Shown: one piece after another, positions 9,594 through 20,522 of the stretch
Layout: the number at the start of each line of letters is the position of its first letter
How positions within the stretch are numbered: position 1 is the stretch's first letter
Source of the DNA: an uncultured cyanobacterium
GTDB lineage: Bacteria; Cyanobacteriota; Cyanobacteriia; PCC-9006; JAAUQQ01
Length of the DNA: 64,000 bases
Assembly: GCA_963718615.1 (NCBI GenBank)
Contig: OY970368.1
Span: forward strand, 864,001 to 928,000
Reading direction: 5' to 3'
Notes under the pieces: generated by a model
Told to the model about the DNA's origin: nothing
The model's input: only the letters and a program-made list of their open reading frames with translations
The model's database searches: none
Position numbers and translations under genes: made by a program

Positions 9594-10571
9594 ATGGCTA
9601 CCCAACCCCGTTCTGACTCCCCTGCTCCGCTCAATACCGATATGGTTCGCACCTATCTGCACGAAATTGGGCGCGTACCGCTGCTGACCCATGAAGAAGA
9701 AATTATCTATGGCAAGCAGGTTCAGCAATTAATGGCCCTGAAAAAGCGGCAAGAGGTGCTTGCTGCGACCCTAGAACGCGATCCAACCGATGAAGAATGG
9801 GCGCAGTCTGTCGGTTTGTCGGTGACAGCACTTAAGCGTGACCTGAAGATCGGTCATCGGGCGAAGCAAAAGATGATTGAAGCGAATCTACGCCTGGTGG
9901 TGTCGATCGCCAAAAAATATCAAAAGCGTAATCTAGAGTTTTTGGATCTGATCCAAGAAGGCTCCATTGGTCTAGAGCGCGGTGTGGAGAAATTTGACCC
10001 GACCAAGGGGTATAAATTCTCGACCTACGCCTATTGGTGGATTCGTCAGGCGATTACGCGGGCGATCGCCCAGCACGCCCGCACGATCCGGCTACCCATC
10101 CACATCACCGAAAAGCTCAACAAGATCAAAAAGTACCAGCGGGAGCTGTCTCAAACCCTGGGCCGCGCCGCTACGGCAGCGGAATTGGCTCAGGAGCTAG
10201 AGCTAGAGCCTGAGCAGGTGCGAGAGTATTTACTCATGGCCCGTCAGCCCGTCTCCCTCGACATTCGCGTGGGGGATAACCAGGACACCGAATTGCGGGA
10301 TCTTCTAGAGGATGAAAATGCTTCTCCGGAAGAGTACACCTGGCAACAGGCGATGAAGCAGGATCTGGCGTCCTTGCTGGCAGAGCTCACGCCCCAACAG
10401 CAAAGCGTTCTGACGCTGCGCTACGGTTTGGATGATGGCAAAGGGCTGTCCTTGGCCAAGGTAGGCGATCGCATGAACCTCAGTCGCGAGCGGGTGCGTC
10501 AGCTAGAGCGTCAGGCCCTCGACCATCTGCGCCGCCGCCGGGGCATGATCCACGAATATATTGCGGGGTAA
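9594..10571 (+). CDS. sigB: Group-2 RpoD-family sigma factor (SigB-like)
   Basis: [47 protein letters not shown] and SRERVRQLE motifs; no region 1.1. Paralogue name is tentative. Confidence 0.85.
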   Translation: MATQPRSDSPAPLNTDMVRTYLHEIGRVPLLTHEEEIIYGKQVQQLMALKKRQEVLAATLERDPTDEEWAQSVGLSVTALKRDLKIGHRAKQKMIEANLRLVVSIAKKYQKRNLEFLDLIQEGSIGLERGVEKFDPTKGYKFSTYAYWWIRQAITRAIAQHARTIRLPIHITEKLNKIKKYQRELSQTLGRAATAAELAQELELEPEQVREYLLMARQPVSLDIRVGDNQDTELRDLLEDENASPEEYTWQQAMKQDLASLLAELTPQQQSVLTLRYGLDDGKGLSLAKVGDRMNLSRERVRQLERQALDHLRRRRGMIHEYIAG

Positions 10572-10585
10572 GTCAGAGACCTTCC

Positions 10586-11863
10586 ATGGCTCGATTTCTT
10601 CACCTTGCTGACATCCACCTGGGTTTCGATCGCTATGGCAACGCCCAGCGAACCATGGATTTTTTCTACGCCTTTGAAAATGTCCTGGAACGTTATGCCC
10701 TCGAAAACCCAGTGGATTTTGTTCTGATTGTTGGAGATTTGTTCGAACATCAGAACGTCATGCCTGCGGTGCTCAATCAGGCCCAGCTGGCCTTGGAAAT
10801 GCTCAAGGAAGCCAAGATTCCTGTGATTGCGGTGGAGGGGAATCACGACAATCTCCCCTATGGCACCCGCACGAGTTGGCTGCGCTATTTGTCGGATTGG
10901 GACCATCTGATTTTGTTGGAGCCCCAGGATAGCGAAGCACCGGACCAGGTTTTTCAGCCTTGGGATGCGAGCGATCGCCGAGGAGGCTACATCGACCTAG
11001 ATTGCGGTGTACGGGTGATTGGCTCCCGTTGGTACGGAGCTGCTGCCCCCCAGGCCCTAGCCCATTTAGCCTTAAGCCTTCGACAGTTACCCCCCGGTCC
11101 TAGCCATCAGGTGATGTTGGTTCACCATGGACTAGAGGGCCAAATCGCCCGGTACAGCGGAGCGCTGCGCTATAGCGATTTGTTGCCACTCAAGGAAGCT
11201 GGCATTGACTATTTGGCCCTGGGTCATATTCACAAAAATTACGAAGTCGAGGACTGGATTTTTAACCCCGGCTCCCTCGAAGCCAATAGCGTCGCTGAAG
11301 CTCGCAGTCAGATCGCTCGCGGGGCATATTTGGTTGAACTCAATGGCGAAGGGATTCAGGCGGAGCTCAAACAGGACTATACCCAGCGATCGATTCTGCG
11401 GCTGACGTTGGATGTGAAAAAGGACTGGAGTTTGGAGAAACTGGAGCAGGAGGCGATCGCCCAGGTCCAGCAAGCCGCGACCCAAGAGAAAACCCAGGAG
11501 GCGATCGTCGAGCTGCGCATTCGGGGCCAAGTTGGGTTTAATCGACTGGATTTGAAGGTGAGGGACTTGAAGGAGCAGCTTCAGCAGGTGAGCCAAGCGC
11601 TGATTTTTTTGTTGAAGTACGAAGTGACAGGAACTGAATATGCCACGCCCATGGGGCAGGGAGAGACGCGATCGCGTCTAGAAATTGAACACACGGTGTT
11701 TCAGGATTTTTTAACGGCTTACACCGCCTATGGAGAAGATCCCGCTGTGCTTGATGCCCTAACCCGTGGACTGATGGATTTGAAGGACAAAATTTTAGAA
11801 GGGCGGGAAGAGGCCGATCTCTATCAGCAGGTTGAGAAGCTGTTATCTGATGCTCAGCTCTAA
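10586..11863 (+). CDS. sbcD: SbcD/Mre11-family DNA repair nuclease
   Basis: HLADIHLG, GDLF, GNHD and YLALGHIH motifs, plus NPGSLE. Confidence 0.88.
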   Translation: MARFLHLADIHLGFDRYGNAQRTMDFFYAFENVLERYALENPVDFVLIVGDLFEHQNVMPAVLNQAQLALEMLKEAKIPVIAVEGNHDNLPYGTRTSWLRYLSDWDHLILLEPQDSEAPDQVFQPWDASDRRGGYIDLDCGVRVIGSRWYGAAAPQALAHLALSLRQLPPGPSHQVMLVHHGLEGQIARYSGALRYSDLLPLKEAGIDYLALGHIHKNYEVEDWIFNPGSLEANSVAEARSQIARGAYLVELNGEGIQAELKQDYTQRSILRLTLDVKKDWSLEKLEQEAIAQVQQAATQEKTQEAIVELRIRGQVGFNRLDLKVRDLKEQLQQVSQALIFLLKYEVTGTEYATPMGQGETRSRLEIEHTVFQDFLTAYTAYGEDPAVLDALTRGLMDLKDKILEGREEADLYQQVEKLLSDAQL

Positions 11864-11990
11864 AATTCGACGCTACAATATTCGCCTCTAATCCTCAGCT
11901 AAAGTTAATAGATTTCCTGCACGAATCGGAACTCGCAATGTGGCTATAGGGGTTCTAGCCTTTAAATATGGGTTCGTGCAAGAGGTCTAA

Positions 11991-13356
11991 TCAGCTAAAG
12001 TTCAGCTGAAGCACCAATGTGCCATATACTGCAACACCGGCTTTAAGTGCAGGTTCGAATTGCCAATCCTGAAGCAGACAGCTTACCGCTGATTGGGTCT
12101 CGGGGCTGACTGAAGGGGGCGTTAGTGTATCAACCAATTGGTCAAATGCTCCCTGATTTGTAATCAAAACAACCACTTTGGCTTCCCTATCAAATTCTCC
12201 TAAGGAGAGCCGGTTCACTAAGTCATCGCATTTTGTTGAGGTTGCTGGGTCTAGACTAATCGGCACTTCTTTCCAAAACAAACTCGGAGCCGCTAACTGA
12301 TCCGGTATATCTTTCCTATTTCTCGCCCAGCTATCCGATTCGAGCACTGACAACCCTACAGTCAAAGATCTGGAACCGGAGCCGTTATCTGAGTTATTCT
12401 CTGAAGTCTTTTCAGGCTCTTCCGTCTCAATTTCAGATGAATGCGCTCCAGACGGTTTGGGGTCGGGCGTAACCACCGGGGAGGTCGGTTGGGAGGGAGC
12501 GCCGTCCTCGGTGGGCGTCTCGTCCGCTGAAGAAGGTCTAGGCGCTGGATCAACATCTCCTTCTATACCAGGCTTAGGCAAGCGTTGATTGCCCTGGGAT
12601 TCTACATCCTGAGTCGCGGAATTCGGGTTAGCGGCAGATCCAGGGGCAGCAGAATTGGGAGCGGTTGATGTTGAGGGCGCTGTTGCTGAATCCGCTGTCG
12701 AACCTGGCTCAGGAGCAGAGTTAGGTCGGTTTTCAGGATTAGAGGGGGGGGGGAGGATTAGGGCGATCGGGATTTGGGCGATCGGGCATTTGGGCAGCGG
12801 CAGACTCCTTGGGCTTAGCATCCGTGGACGGGATAGAAGCCGGAATGGGAATCTTCGGAATACTAAAGGGAAAACGGGGCTTTGTCTCGCTAGGTTTGGG
12901 GTCGGTGGATTCAGCTGCTGGAGGGAACTCCTGAACCGGTAGCGTTTTCGGTGTTGAGGGCGTTAGCGGTTTCGTTAAAGTCTGAGGGGGAATAGCGCTC
13001 AGGGGTTTAGGCTGGGCCACCGTTTTTTGCCTGTCTGGGTCGGGAGGGGATGAGGCGGGCTCCGCAAAACTAGGCTCGGCTGCAACTGGGGGCAGAGGCA
13101 TTTGCTCCATCGCCTGGGCGAGCAAGGCCTCCGGCGGCACAGTGACTTCGATCAAATCAATGGGGTTAGCCCCGGTTGAGCCCGATGGAGACATCCACTG
13201 AAATTCAAAAAACCAGGGGAAAATCGAACCCAGCAGGACATGACCCAGCGTCGAGACCAAGGCGTACACCGTCCACTGTAACGGCGTGATGCGGCCATAG
13301 CGCTGACGAAATTGTTTGGCTGAAAAAGATTTGCTGGAAGATGCAGTCACGGACAA
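11991..13356 (-). pseudogene. TonB-like protein (TM anchor, Pro-rich linker, TonB-C-like end) split by a +1 frameshift in a C10 homopolymer
   Basis: ORFs 12739..13356 and 11991..12821 join seamlessly if one G is removed from the G10 run at 12744-12753; C-terminus reads WQFEPALKAGVAV. Confidence 0.7.
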
Positions 13357-13455
13357 AGCCTGGGTTCGTGAACGGCAGAAGAACCTTCTCCAGTATCAGC
13401 CGAAGGCGATCGATTTGACCATGGTGGGGCACCCCAAACCCAGGGAAATTTGTGA

Positions 13456-14994
13456 CTAGGCGACATGGCTTACGGATGCTAAACCGTAAAGGGCAAGACG
13501 ATTACGGCCTGCTTCCTTTGCTTTGTAGAGGGCTTTGTCGGCTTGATCGAGCAAATCTTGAGCGGTTTGTTCGGGCTCAGGACAAAAGCTAGCAACCCCC
13601 AAGCTCAAGGTCACCACTTCCGCAGTGGTGGAACCACTATGGGGAATCTGGAGGCCATAGATTTGCTTGCGAATGGCTTCGGCAATATGGGCGGCACCGC
13701 TTAAATGGGTACGCGGCAAAATAATTGCAAATTCTTCGCCACCATAGCGTGCCACTAGATCATCCGGTCGTTTGATGACCTGCTGAAGTGCTCGGGCCAC
13801 GCTCTTGAGACAATCATCCCCGGCTAAATGTCCATAGGTGTCGTTGTAGCGTTTGAAGTGATCAACATCACATAAGATCACCCCTAAGAAGCTTTGCTCT
13901 CGCCGCGCTTCGCGCCATTGGAGATCGAGGTATTGATTGAAATTGCGGCGATTGGCAAGCTGAGTTAAGCCATCAAGGGTGGCCAGGCGCTCCAATTCTC
14001 GGTTGGCTTTTTGGAGCTGTTTGTAGAGCTCGGCCTGTTGAATGGCGATCGCCAATTGACTCGCCAAGGCCTCCGCTGATTTAATCTCTAACTCCTGCCA
14101 AGGCGAAGGCTGCTGACGCAGCAGGCTTAAGCAACCCCACACCTGATGATTAACCTCCAGCGGCACAATGAGCCAAGACCCCGTCGATTTTTTGGCCAGC
14201 GTTTGGTGAATGTGATCAATTAGCTGCCCCGCATTGTCCAGGCAGATCATTTCGCTATTTTTGAGCTTGGCCGTAATCGGGTTGCCCTCATCCGGCATGG
14301 AGGGATAAAGATGGTTATCCCCTTCAGGAGACTGACGATACTCTGCCACCGGTAGCCAAATATGCTCCAGGGGTCGGTAATCCATGATGCTGGCAAAATC
14401 CAGGTGTAGAAGCCGCCCGATCTCGGAGACCGCCGTAAAAAAGACCGTTTGCAAGTCCATTGATTTATGAATCTCTTGAATGACTCGATTGAGTGCCTGT
14501 TCCTTTTGAGCCTGACTGACCAGGGACATCTCTGATTTTTTGCGCCGGGTAATTTCTTGCTGAAGGGTTTCATTTTTACTTTGAAGTTGGCGCTGTAGCA
14601 AACAGATTTGAATTTGATTCTCAACCCGTGCCAAGACCTCAGCAAACTCAAAGGGTTTCGTGACAAAATCTACCCCGCCGACATTAAAGGCTTTGACCTT
14701 ATCGAGGGTGTCATTGAGGGCGCTTAAAAAAATAATCGGGATATGTCGGGTGGAGTGATCTGCCTTGAGCCGCTGACAAACCTCATATCCGTCCATCCCA
14801 GCCATGCGGATATCCAACAAAATCAAATCGGGTAGACGTTGCTCAATGGCTTTAAGCGCGAGACCGCCGCTGGCAACGCGCTGCACCTTATAGCCCTGAC
14901 TATTCAGCATAATGGAGAGCAATCGCAGGGTATGCGGCTGATCGTCAACCAGCAAAATTTCTGCTTTCGCTTCTGAAATCTGAGGAAAGTTCAT
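13456..14994 (-). CDS. Diguanylate cyclase (REC-GAF-GGDEF)
   Basis: ILLVDD...DLILLD receiver domain; GAF domain; DGLTQLANRR; RPDD I-site; RYGGEEF. Confidence 0.93.
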   Translation of the reverse strand: MNFPQISEAKAEILLVDDQPHTLRLLSIMLNSQGYKVQRVASGGLALKAIEQRLPDLILLDIRMAGMDGYEVCQRLKADHSTRHIPIIFLSALNDTLDKVKAFNVGGVDFVTKPFEFAEVLARVENQIQICLLQRQLQSKNETLQQEITRRKKSEMSLVSQAQKEQALNRVIQEIHKSMDLQTVFFTAVSEIGRLLHLDFASIMDYRPLEHIWLPVAEYRQSPEGDNHLYPSMPDEGNPITAKLKNSEMICLDNAGQLIDHIHQTLAKKSTGSWLIVPLEVNHQVWGCLSLLRQQPSPWQELEIKSAEALASQLAIAIQQAELYKQLQKANRELERLATLDGLTQLANRRNFNQYLDLQWREARREQSFLGVILCDVDHFKRYNDTYGHLAGDDCLKSVARALQQVIKRPDDLVARYGGEEFAIILPRTHLSGAAHIAEAIRKQIYGLQIPHSGSTTAEVVTLSLGVASFCPEPEQTAQDLLDQADKALYKAKEAGRNRLALYGLASVSHVA

Positions 14995-15400
14995 GCGCTA
15001 CCACGAGGACCGACCGAATCAGAACACAATGATCTGTGAAAAGAACAAGCTCCCGCACTGAAATGGAGTCGTTGCCAAATCAGTACATGGGCCATTTGAT
15101 CATAGGAGAAGGACTCTTGCTTCCGCTAAGGTTTGAGGGGAGCGAGATTGGTGGATACCCCTGGTACTGGCCGCTATACGGGTTCTAACCTAGAGTGCCC
15201 TTAGGGGTACTAATTCGTTGCGATCGCCCATGAAGAGTTTATGGTTCTAATGGTAAAAAAAGAACTTCGAGCTTCGCTAAAATTACTGATATTAAAAATC
15301 ATGGGCATTAAAAAAACTGACAGCTTCCTAGAGGTTTATCTCAAGGATCTGTCAGCCTTCTTTTTGTGCCCATGGGGCTGGTCATGAGCGCTTTCAAGGC

Positions 15401-15541
15401 TCAGCCTAAGGGATAAGCGGCTCCCATTGCCCAAATCAGGAGTAAGCCAATTGACCCCAAAATAACAATGGCTGAGAGCACAACAGCGATGGTGTGGTCT
15501 GCACCCCGAAATTTCATAATGCCGCGATTCAGATCGGTCAT
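15401..15541 (-). CDS. ndhQ: NDH-1L small subunit NdhQ (46 aa)
   Basis: Manual translation MTDLNRGIMKFRGADHTIAVVLSAIVILGSIGLLLIWAMGAAYPLG; the DxNRGIMKFxGAD motif plus one TM helix is the NdhQ signature. Below the ORF-track size cutoff. Confidence 0.88.
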   Translation of the reverse strand: MTDLNRGIMKFRGADHTIAVVLSAIVILGSIGLLLIWAMGAAYPLG

Positions 15542-15695
15542 GACTCGTCTCTCTCGTCTTCAACACATCTTTAACACAATGGCTTGACAATAGGCTTGAT
15601 AAAAGCCTCAAGCCCTCCCATGGTAACGGCAGAGATTTGGAACCCCACAAAACTGAATTAGATTTTAATGGTTTTCTCAGAAAGCCGGGGGGGTA

Positions 15696-15735
15696 ATGGC
15701 TGGGGTATTGATGGCTGGGGTGTTGATGGCTGGGG
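15696..15735. repeat. 15-bp G-rich tandem repeat (ATGGCTGGGGTRTTG x2.7)
   Basis: Copies at 15696 and 15711, partial copy at 15726. Confidence 0.85.
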
Positions 15736-15921
15736 ACGCGCGATCGCGATCTTTTCCCTAAGACTCTCCCCCTTTACCATTGACACACCTCATACTTCTC
15801 TATAGATAAGCCTAAGGGAATGATTTAGGGCGAGCTTACCGAACTTGCCAGTTCGCTCAATAATGTCTATGGTTGAGGGTGGAATGTAAAGATACGTTAT
15901 CCATCCATCACACCTTCCTTT

Positions 15922-16377
15922 GTGATGTCCCATTCTTCCGCACCTCTACCTCCATCCTTGGAGAAAATAGTTCATAAGTTTCAGCGACAGGCAGAACCAA
16001 AGCGGCGCTATGAAATGCTGATTTGGTTTGCCAAAAAGCTGAAACCCATGCAGGAGGACTCTAAGGTTCCAGAAAATCGAGTTCAGGGATGCGTTTCCCA
16101 AGTTTTTATTTCTGCCATCTTAGAGGACGGTAAGTTAATTTACAGTGGTGACTCGGATTCACAACTGGTAAAGGGTTTGGTGGCTGTTTTGGTAGAAGGA
16201 CTCAACGGTCTGCCTCCTGCGGCAGTGCTGGCGTTGACCCCTGATTTTATCCAAGACATGGGGCTCAACGTGAGTTTGACTCCGTCTCGGGCCAATGGGT
16301 TCTACAATATTTTCCAGATGATGAAAAATAAAGCCTCTCTCTACCAAGCAGCAAGTGCTGCCATCCCCAATGGTTGA
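15922..16377 (+). CDS. sufE: SufE-family Fe-S sulfur acceptor
   Basis: NRVQGCVSQV, GDSDSQLVKGL and SLTPSRANGF motifs. Confidence 0.92.
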   Translation: MMSHSSAPLPPSLEKIVHKFQRQAEPKRRYEMLIWFAKKLKPMQEDSKVPENRVQGCVSQVFISAILEDGKLIYSGDSDSQLVKGLVAVLVEGLNGLPPAAVLALTPDFIQDMGLNVSLTPSRANGFYNIFQMMKNKASLYQAASAAIPNG

Positions 16378-16946
16378 ATCTCTCTGATGGTTGCCAGTTT
16401 TTACAGGGAATAGTTTTTTGTCCGATGCATCCTAGGTTGGCAACTGGGATTTAGGACTCTGGCTCGTTTCAGTCGCTTAAAACTACTCTCTGTTTGGCTT
16501 CCTGCTTTTCCTCAACTCGGGTATTCACTTCTACGCATCTCAATGACTGCTTTGTCCAATTTTTTGTCACGCGGGTGGCGACTAACCCGCTTGTCGGTTT
16601 CTTTACGGGAAGGCGATCGCCTGATTCTGCGCGCGATCGCCCATAACCTACAGCATCGTGGACTACCAGGCAGCCCTATCGCCACAGCTGCCCCATTACC
16701 AAGTTTCATTCCCCTTTTTCAGAGGAGAACTGAAAACCCTGGGGTTTGCCCATGCAACCCCATTCCCTATCGCTTGTCCGCACGTCCCCATTAAAGGGGT
16801 GTCAGACAACGAACCAATTCATCTTTCTGCTGTGCGGTATTTCAAACTTCTCACCGTTTTTGGAGCGGTTCAAGAAGGCCGATTTCAGGAAGTTTAGCAT
16901 TGGGTTACTTCATGACTCTTAGCCTAAGGAAACAACAACAACATCC

Positions 16947-17585
16947 ATGACACTATCGATTTCTCCTGATGCAATTCGCACCCAGTCGATCCGGACTGAA
17001 GCTCGGCCCCGTGTTTCCGAAGAGGAAATGATGCAAGCTGTGCGGACTTTGCTAATCGGATTGGGAGAAGATCCGGACCGAGAGGGGTTGCTAGATACAC
17101 CAAAGCGGGTGGTCAAAGCATTAAAGTTTTTAACCTCGGGATACACCCAAAATCTAGACGAAGTGGTCAATGATGCGATTTTCCACGAAGGGTCTAGCGA
17201 GATGGTTTTGGTGCGAGACATTGACTTGTTTAGTTCCTGTGAACACCACATTTTGCCCATCATTGGTAAGGCCCATGTTGCCTACATTCCCAATGGCCGG
17301 GTGATTGGCTTGTCCAAAATTGCTCGCATTTGTGAGATGTATGCCCGTCGTTTGCAAGTGCAAGAGCGCCTAACCGCTCAAATTGCCGATGGTCTCCAAG
17401 AAGCGCTGAATCCTAAGGGTGTAGCGGTGGTGATTGAAGCAACGCATATGTGCATGGCTATGCGAGGGGTTCAAAAACCGGGTTCTTGGACTGCAAGCAG
17501 CGCCATGCGCGGAATTTTTGCGGAGAATGACCAAAAGCGGCGGGAGTTCATGGATATGATCCGTCATAACCCTAGCTTCCAATAG
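16947..17585 (+). CDS. folE: GTP cyclohydrolase I
   Basis: [33 protein letters not shown] and HMCMAMRGV motifs. Confidence 0.96.
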   Translation: MTLSISPDAIRTQSIRTEARPRVSEEEMMQAVRTLLIGLGEDPDREGLLDTPKRVVKALKFLTSGYTQNLDEVVNDAIFHEGSSEMVLVRDIDLFSSCEHHILPIIGKAHVAYIPNGRVIGLSKIARICEMYARRLQVQERLTAQIADGLQEALNPKGVAVVIEATHMCMAMRGVQKPGSWTASSAMRGIFAENDQKRREFMDMIRHNPSFQ

Positions 17586-17641
17586 ATTGCTTCCAGGATC
17601 CGACTTCTCAAACAGGGTCTTGATTTAAAAGGCTCGACATT

Positions 17642-17673
17642 AAAGGCTCGATATCCCAGGATATTGAGCCTTT
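17642..17673. terminator. Hairpin terminator after folE
   Basis: AAAGGCTCGATATCC-CA-GGATATTGAGCCTTT inverted repeat. Confidence 0.7.
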
Positions 17674-17697
17674 GATTTATCCCCTTGGGCAGGGGGT

Positions 17698-17991
17698 TTA
17701 AGCGGTTTCGTCCTCTTCGATTTTGAACTGGGGTCGTTTGGCCTCTAGGGCACTATAAAGGCCTGACGGATTTGGGGTGTGGGAAGGCGCGCTACGGGTG
17801 GACGTATTGTTTTTATGCTGTGGCGAAACGCTCTGTCCTTGAAGTTGGTCGAGCACAGGATGATACAGCAGAGTCAGGAGGCAGGAGCAGCCTGTCAAGA
17901 GCAGAAAATCGAAATCCTTCGTGCGCAGGGGCAAGCGGGATACAGCAGCAACGGGAAAGGGGTACCGGGGGGCCATGGGCCAATTCATCAC
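17698..17991 (-). CDS. Possible small hypothetical protein
   Basis: 97-aa ORF with a short hydrophobic stretch, ending just before the folE hairpin; no recognised motif. Confidence 0.3.
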   Translation of the reverse strand: MMNWPMAPRYPFPVAAVSRLPLRTKDFDFLLLTGCSCLLTLLYHPVLDQLQGQSVSPQHKNNTSTRSAPSHTPNPSGLYSALEAKRPQFKIEEDETA

Positions 17992-18287
17992 TCAAAACGA
18001 CAACAGTGAACCAAACGAGTCCCCTGAATCGAGACGCCCAGATCTTGATTGTCAAATCTCAAATGGAGGACGCGCAATCAGGGCTATTAGTTTAGCGGAG
18101 AATTTTCTCAATCCGCCATGGGGAAGATCCGCAGATCGGAAGCAAAGGGTCGAGAGTTTGGGGAAAAGTCTCTGTTCTGAAGACGCAGCCTGTCTTTATA
18201 GGGTTCCACCCTGTCCCTCCAAAGAATCAGTTCCTCAAATCAGTTTCCACAATAAAGTCCTAAAAGCCATTTCGACCCAGATTCACC

Positions 18288-19751
18288 TTAATCCCGCACC
18301 GATTCAGCTGAGGGCAAGGCTTCCAGGGATTCGCTGGGGTCTGGATTCAGGGGATTGTAGTAGCTTGCGATGAGACCCACGGTCAGCCACCAAAGGGTCT
18401 GGACTTCCGGTCGGTACCAGACGGTATCAAATAAACCTTGGCCCAATTCTCCTGGAATGATGGCGAGGGCTGCGATGAGCCAAAAGATTTGGGGATTGGC
18501 GCGATCGCGCAGGGATTGAAGCGATCGCCACCCCTGACTCACCGTCACCACCAAGAACCAAAGGAAACAGGCAAACCCAATAAAGCCTGTTTCGACCAGG
18601 GTTTCGAGGAAAATGGAGTAGGAGCTCAAGGCCGTAAAGCGAGGACGCTGATAGAGCGGGTAAATGGAGTTAAAGGCTTTATTGCCGGGTCCAATTCCCA
18701 AAACGGGACGATCTTTAATCATCTCGACAACGGCGGCCCAGACATTGAAGCGAAAGTTATTGCTGCTGTCTTCCCGACCGACAAACATGCTCATTACCCG
18801 CATTCGCAGCGGCGGTAGAGCAACCACTGCTGCCACGACAAAAACCGCCCCCGCTCCCAGCACCATGGGGATGGCCCAGCGTCGCCAGAAGGCATTCCAG
18901 TGGACACTCCAGTACACCATCAGCAGCAGCGCTAGGGTAGCCAAGGTCAGAAGCAACCCAATCCAGCCTCCTCGGCTATAGGTCAGTACCAGACAGGCAC
19001 TATTGGTCAAAACCATGAGGGCAGCCAGGGCTCGCGGTCCCCGCTGTCGCCAGAGGAAAAACGCCGCGATGCTAAAGGCGACCGCAGGCAAAAGGTAGGC
19101 GGACAGCAAGTTGGGGTTGCCGAGAAAGCTGTACACCCGTGTGGTGGAAGCCTGTTCCGAGGTGGGGTCTACCCAGGTTGCCAGGGCTTTGGCCCCAAAG
19201 AAATATTGGCGGATCCCATAGACCGAGACCAGTTGGCTGATCAGGAGATAAAGGGTGATGGTCCAGTTGCGGAGGGGGGGCGATCGCAACACCCGCGCCA
19301 CCAACAAAAACATCAAGAGGTAAAGGCTAAATTTCACCAGGCCAGCAGCAGCAGCCATTTTGACCGGCGAAAGCCCCGTCGCAACCAGCATCACGCCCCA
19401 AAACAGGGCCACCATCAAATGGATGGGGGTGAGCCCCTGACCTGGCTTGTCGGAAAGGGTCAAGAGCAACCACAGGGCACCGCAGGCAAACAGCAGCAGT
19501 CCGGTGAGCGAATTGGGCACAAAGCAGGCCAACCCCAGCACCAGACAGAGCAAAATCGCCCCCAGGGTTTCGCCATGCTGCATCAGTAGGCTGCTGTTGC
19601 GCCAGGGTTCAACTAAACCGACGGTGTGACGGTGTAGCCAGCTGCCGCGCTGCCATTGAGTAATGGAGATACGGCCCAGGGATAAGGATTGCCAGAGGGA
19701 TTCCATAGATGGCCCCGCCAAGGAACGGTAGAGTGAGGGATCGGTCGCCAT
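18288..19751 (-). CDS. ictB: IctB (O-antigen ligase-like membrane protein)
   Basis: LATWVDP, RVYSFLGNPNLL, LTYSRGGW, REDSSNNFR and DTVWYRP motifs. Confidence 0.93.
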   Translation of the reverse strand: MATDPSLYRSLAGPSMESLWQSLSLGRISITQWQRGSWLHRHTVGLVEPWRNSSLLMQHGETLGAILLCLVLGLACFVPNSLTGLLLFACGALWLLLTLSDKPGQGLTPIHLMVALFWGVMLVATGLSPVKMAAAAGLVKFSLYLLMFLLVARVLRSPPLRNWTITLYLLISQLVSVYGIRQYFFGAKALATWVDPTSEQASTTRVYSFLGNPNLLSAYLLPAVAFSIAAFFLWRQRGPRALAALMVLTNSACLVLTYSRGGWIGLLLTLATLALLLMVYWSVHWNAFWRRWAIPMVLGAGAVFVVAAVVALPPLRMRVMSMFVGREDSSNNFRFNVWAAVVEMIKDRPVLGIGPGNKAFNSIYPLYQRPRFTALSSYSIFLETLVETGFIGFACFLWFLVVTVSQGWRSLQSLRDRANPQIFWLIAALAIIPGELGQGLFDTVWYRPEVQTLWWLTVGLIASYYNPLNPDPSESLEALPSAESVRD

Positions 19752-19772
19752 TATGCCATTAGGGTGGGGTCT

Positions 19773-20405
19773 CTAAACACGGGTAAACAGGATTCGATAA
19801 ACCGGTTCGCCTCTGTTTTGGGTGGCAATTTCTCGTTCGGTGGGAACGGGGAGAGGGCTTTCGGCTAGCCAGGTGGGGGATTGACTTTGGAAGTGGGGAT
19901 GTTCGGCGAAGCGATCGCGCATCTCTCGCGCCACCCCCTCCACATCCGACTGCAAAAACACAACGGCTCCCTTGGGCATACCTGCGGCTAACTGCTGTAC
20001 CAACTCCGGCTGGACGACGCGGCGTTTTTGATGGCGCTTTTTGAACCAAGGATCGGGAAACTGAATGCTGACCCGCTGTAATCGGCCAGGGGGCAGGGAA
20101 TGTAGCAACGGTTCAAGGGAGGTATTGATATTGCAGAAAAGAAAATGAAGGTTTTTCAGTTCTGCTTCGTCTCGCCACTGATTCGCGGCATCAACCAGGG
20201 GCTGACGAATTTCAATGCCGAGAAAATTCCAGTCTGGGGCTAGGGGCGAAAACTGTTGTAAAAACCGTCCCCGAGCACAGCCAATATCGAGATGTAAGGG
20301 CCGCTGCAAATTGTCAAAAATCTGGCCCCAGTCGGGTGGAGCCAAGGCGGTTTGAAATTTGCTGGACAACGGATTGACATGCTGACGCACACGCACAACG
20401 GACAA
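19773..20405 (-). CDS. trmB: tRNA (guanine-N7)-methyltransferase
   Basis: RVRQHVNPL, LDIGCARG and QFPDPWFKKRHQKRR motifs. Confidence 0.95.
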   Translation of the reverse strand: MSVVRVRQHVNPLSSKFQTALAPPDWGQIFDNLQRPLHLDIGCARGRFLQQFSPLAPDWNFLGIEIRQPLVDAANQWRDEAELKNLHFLFCNINTSLEPLLHSLPPGRLQRVSIQFPDPWFKKRHQKRRVVQPELVQQLAAGMPKGAVVFLQSDVEGVAREMRDRFAEHPHFQSQSPTWLAESPLPVPTEREIATQNRGEPVYRILFTRV

Positions 20406-20522
20406 GGGGAACCTCCTGCAATTATGACTGCACCTACAATGGAACCTTGCTCCTGAATTTCCCCACTCCTTTCTTCAGCTTGCTTCAGCGAATAGTCTAC
20501 CGCTTGCCTTTTCTCGAAAACC

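Noticed and set aside
15336-15650. 104-aa minus-strand ORF in the track
   Set aside because: It overlaps the real ndhQ in a different frame and has no recognisable features.
17772-18373. Several overlapping plus-strand ORFs between folE and ictB
   Set aside because: They overlap one another, have no motifs and lie downstream of the folE terminator.
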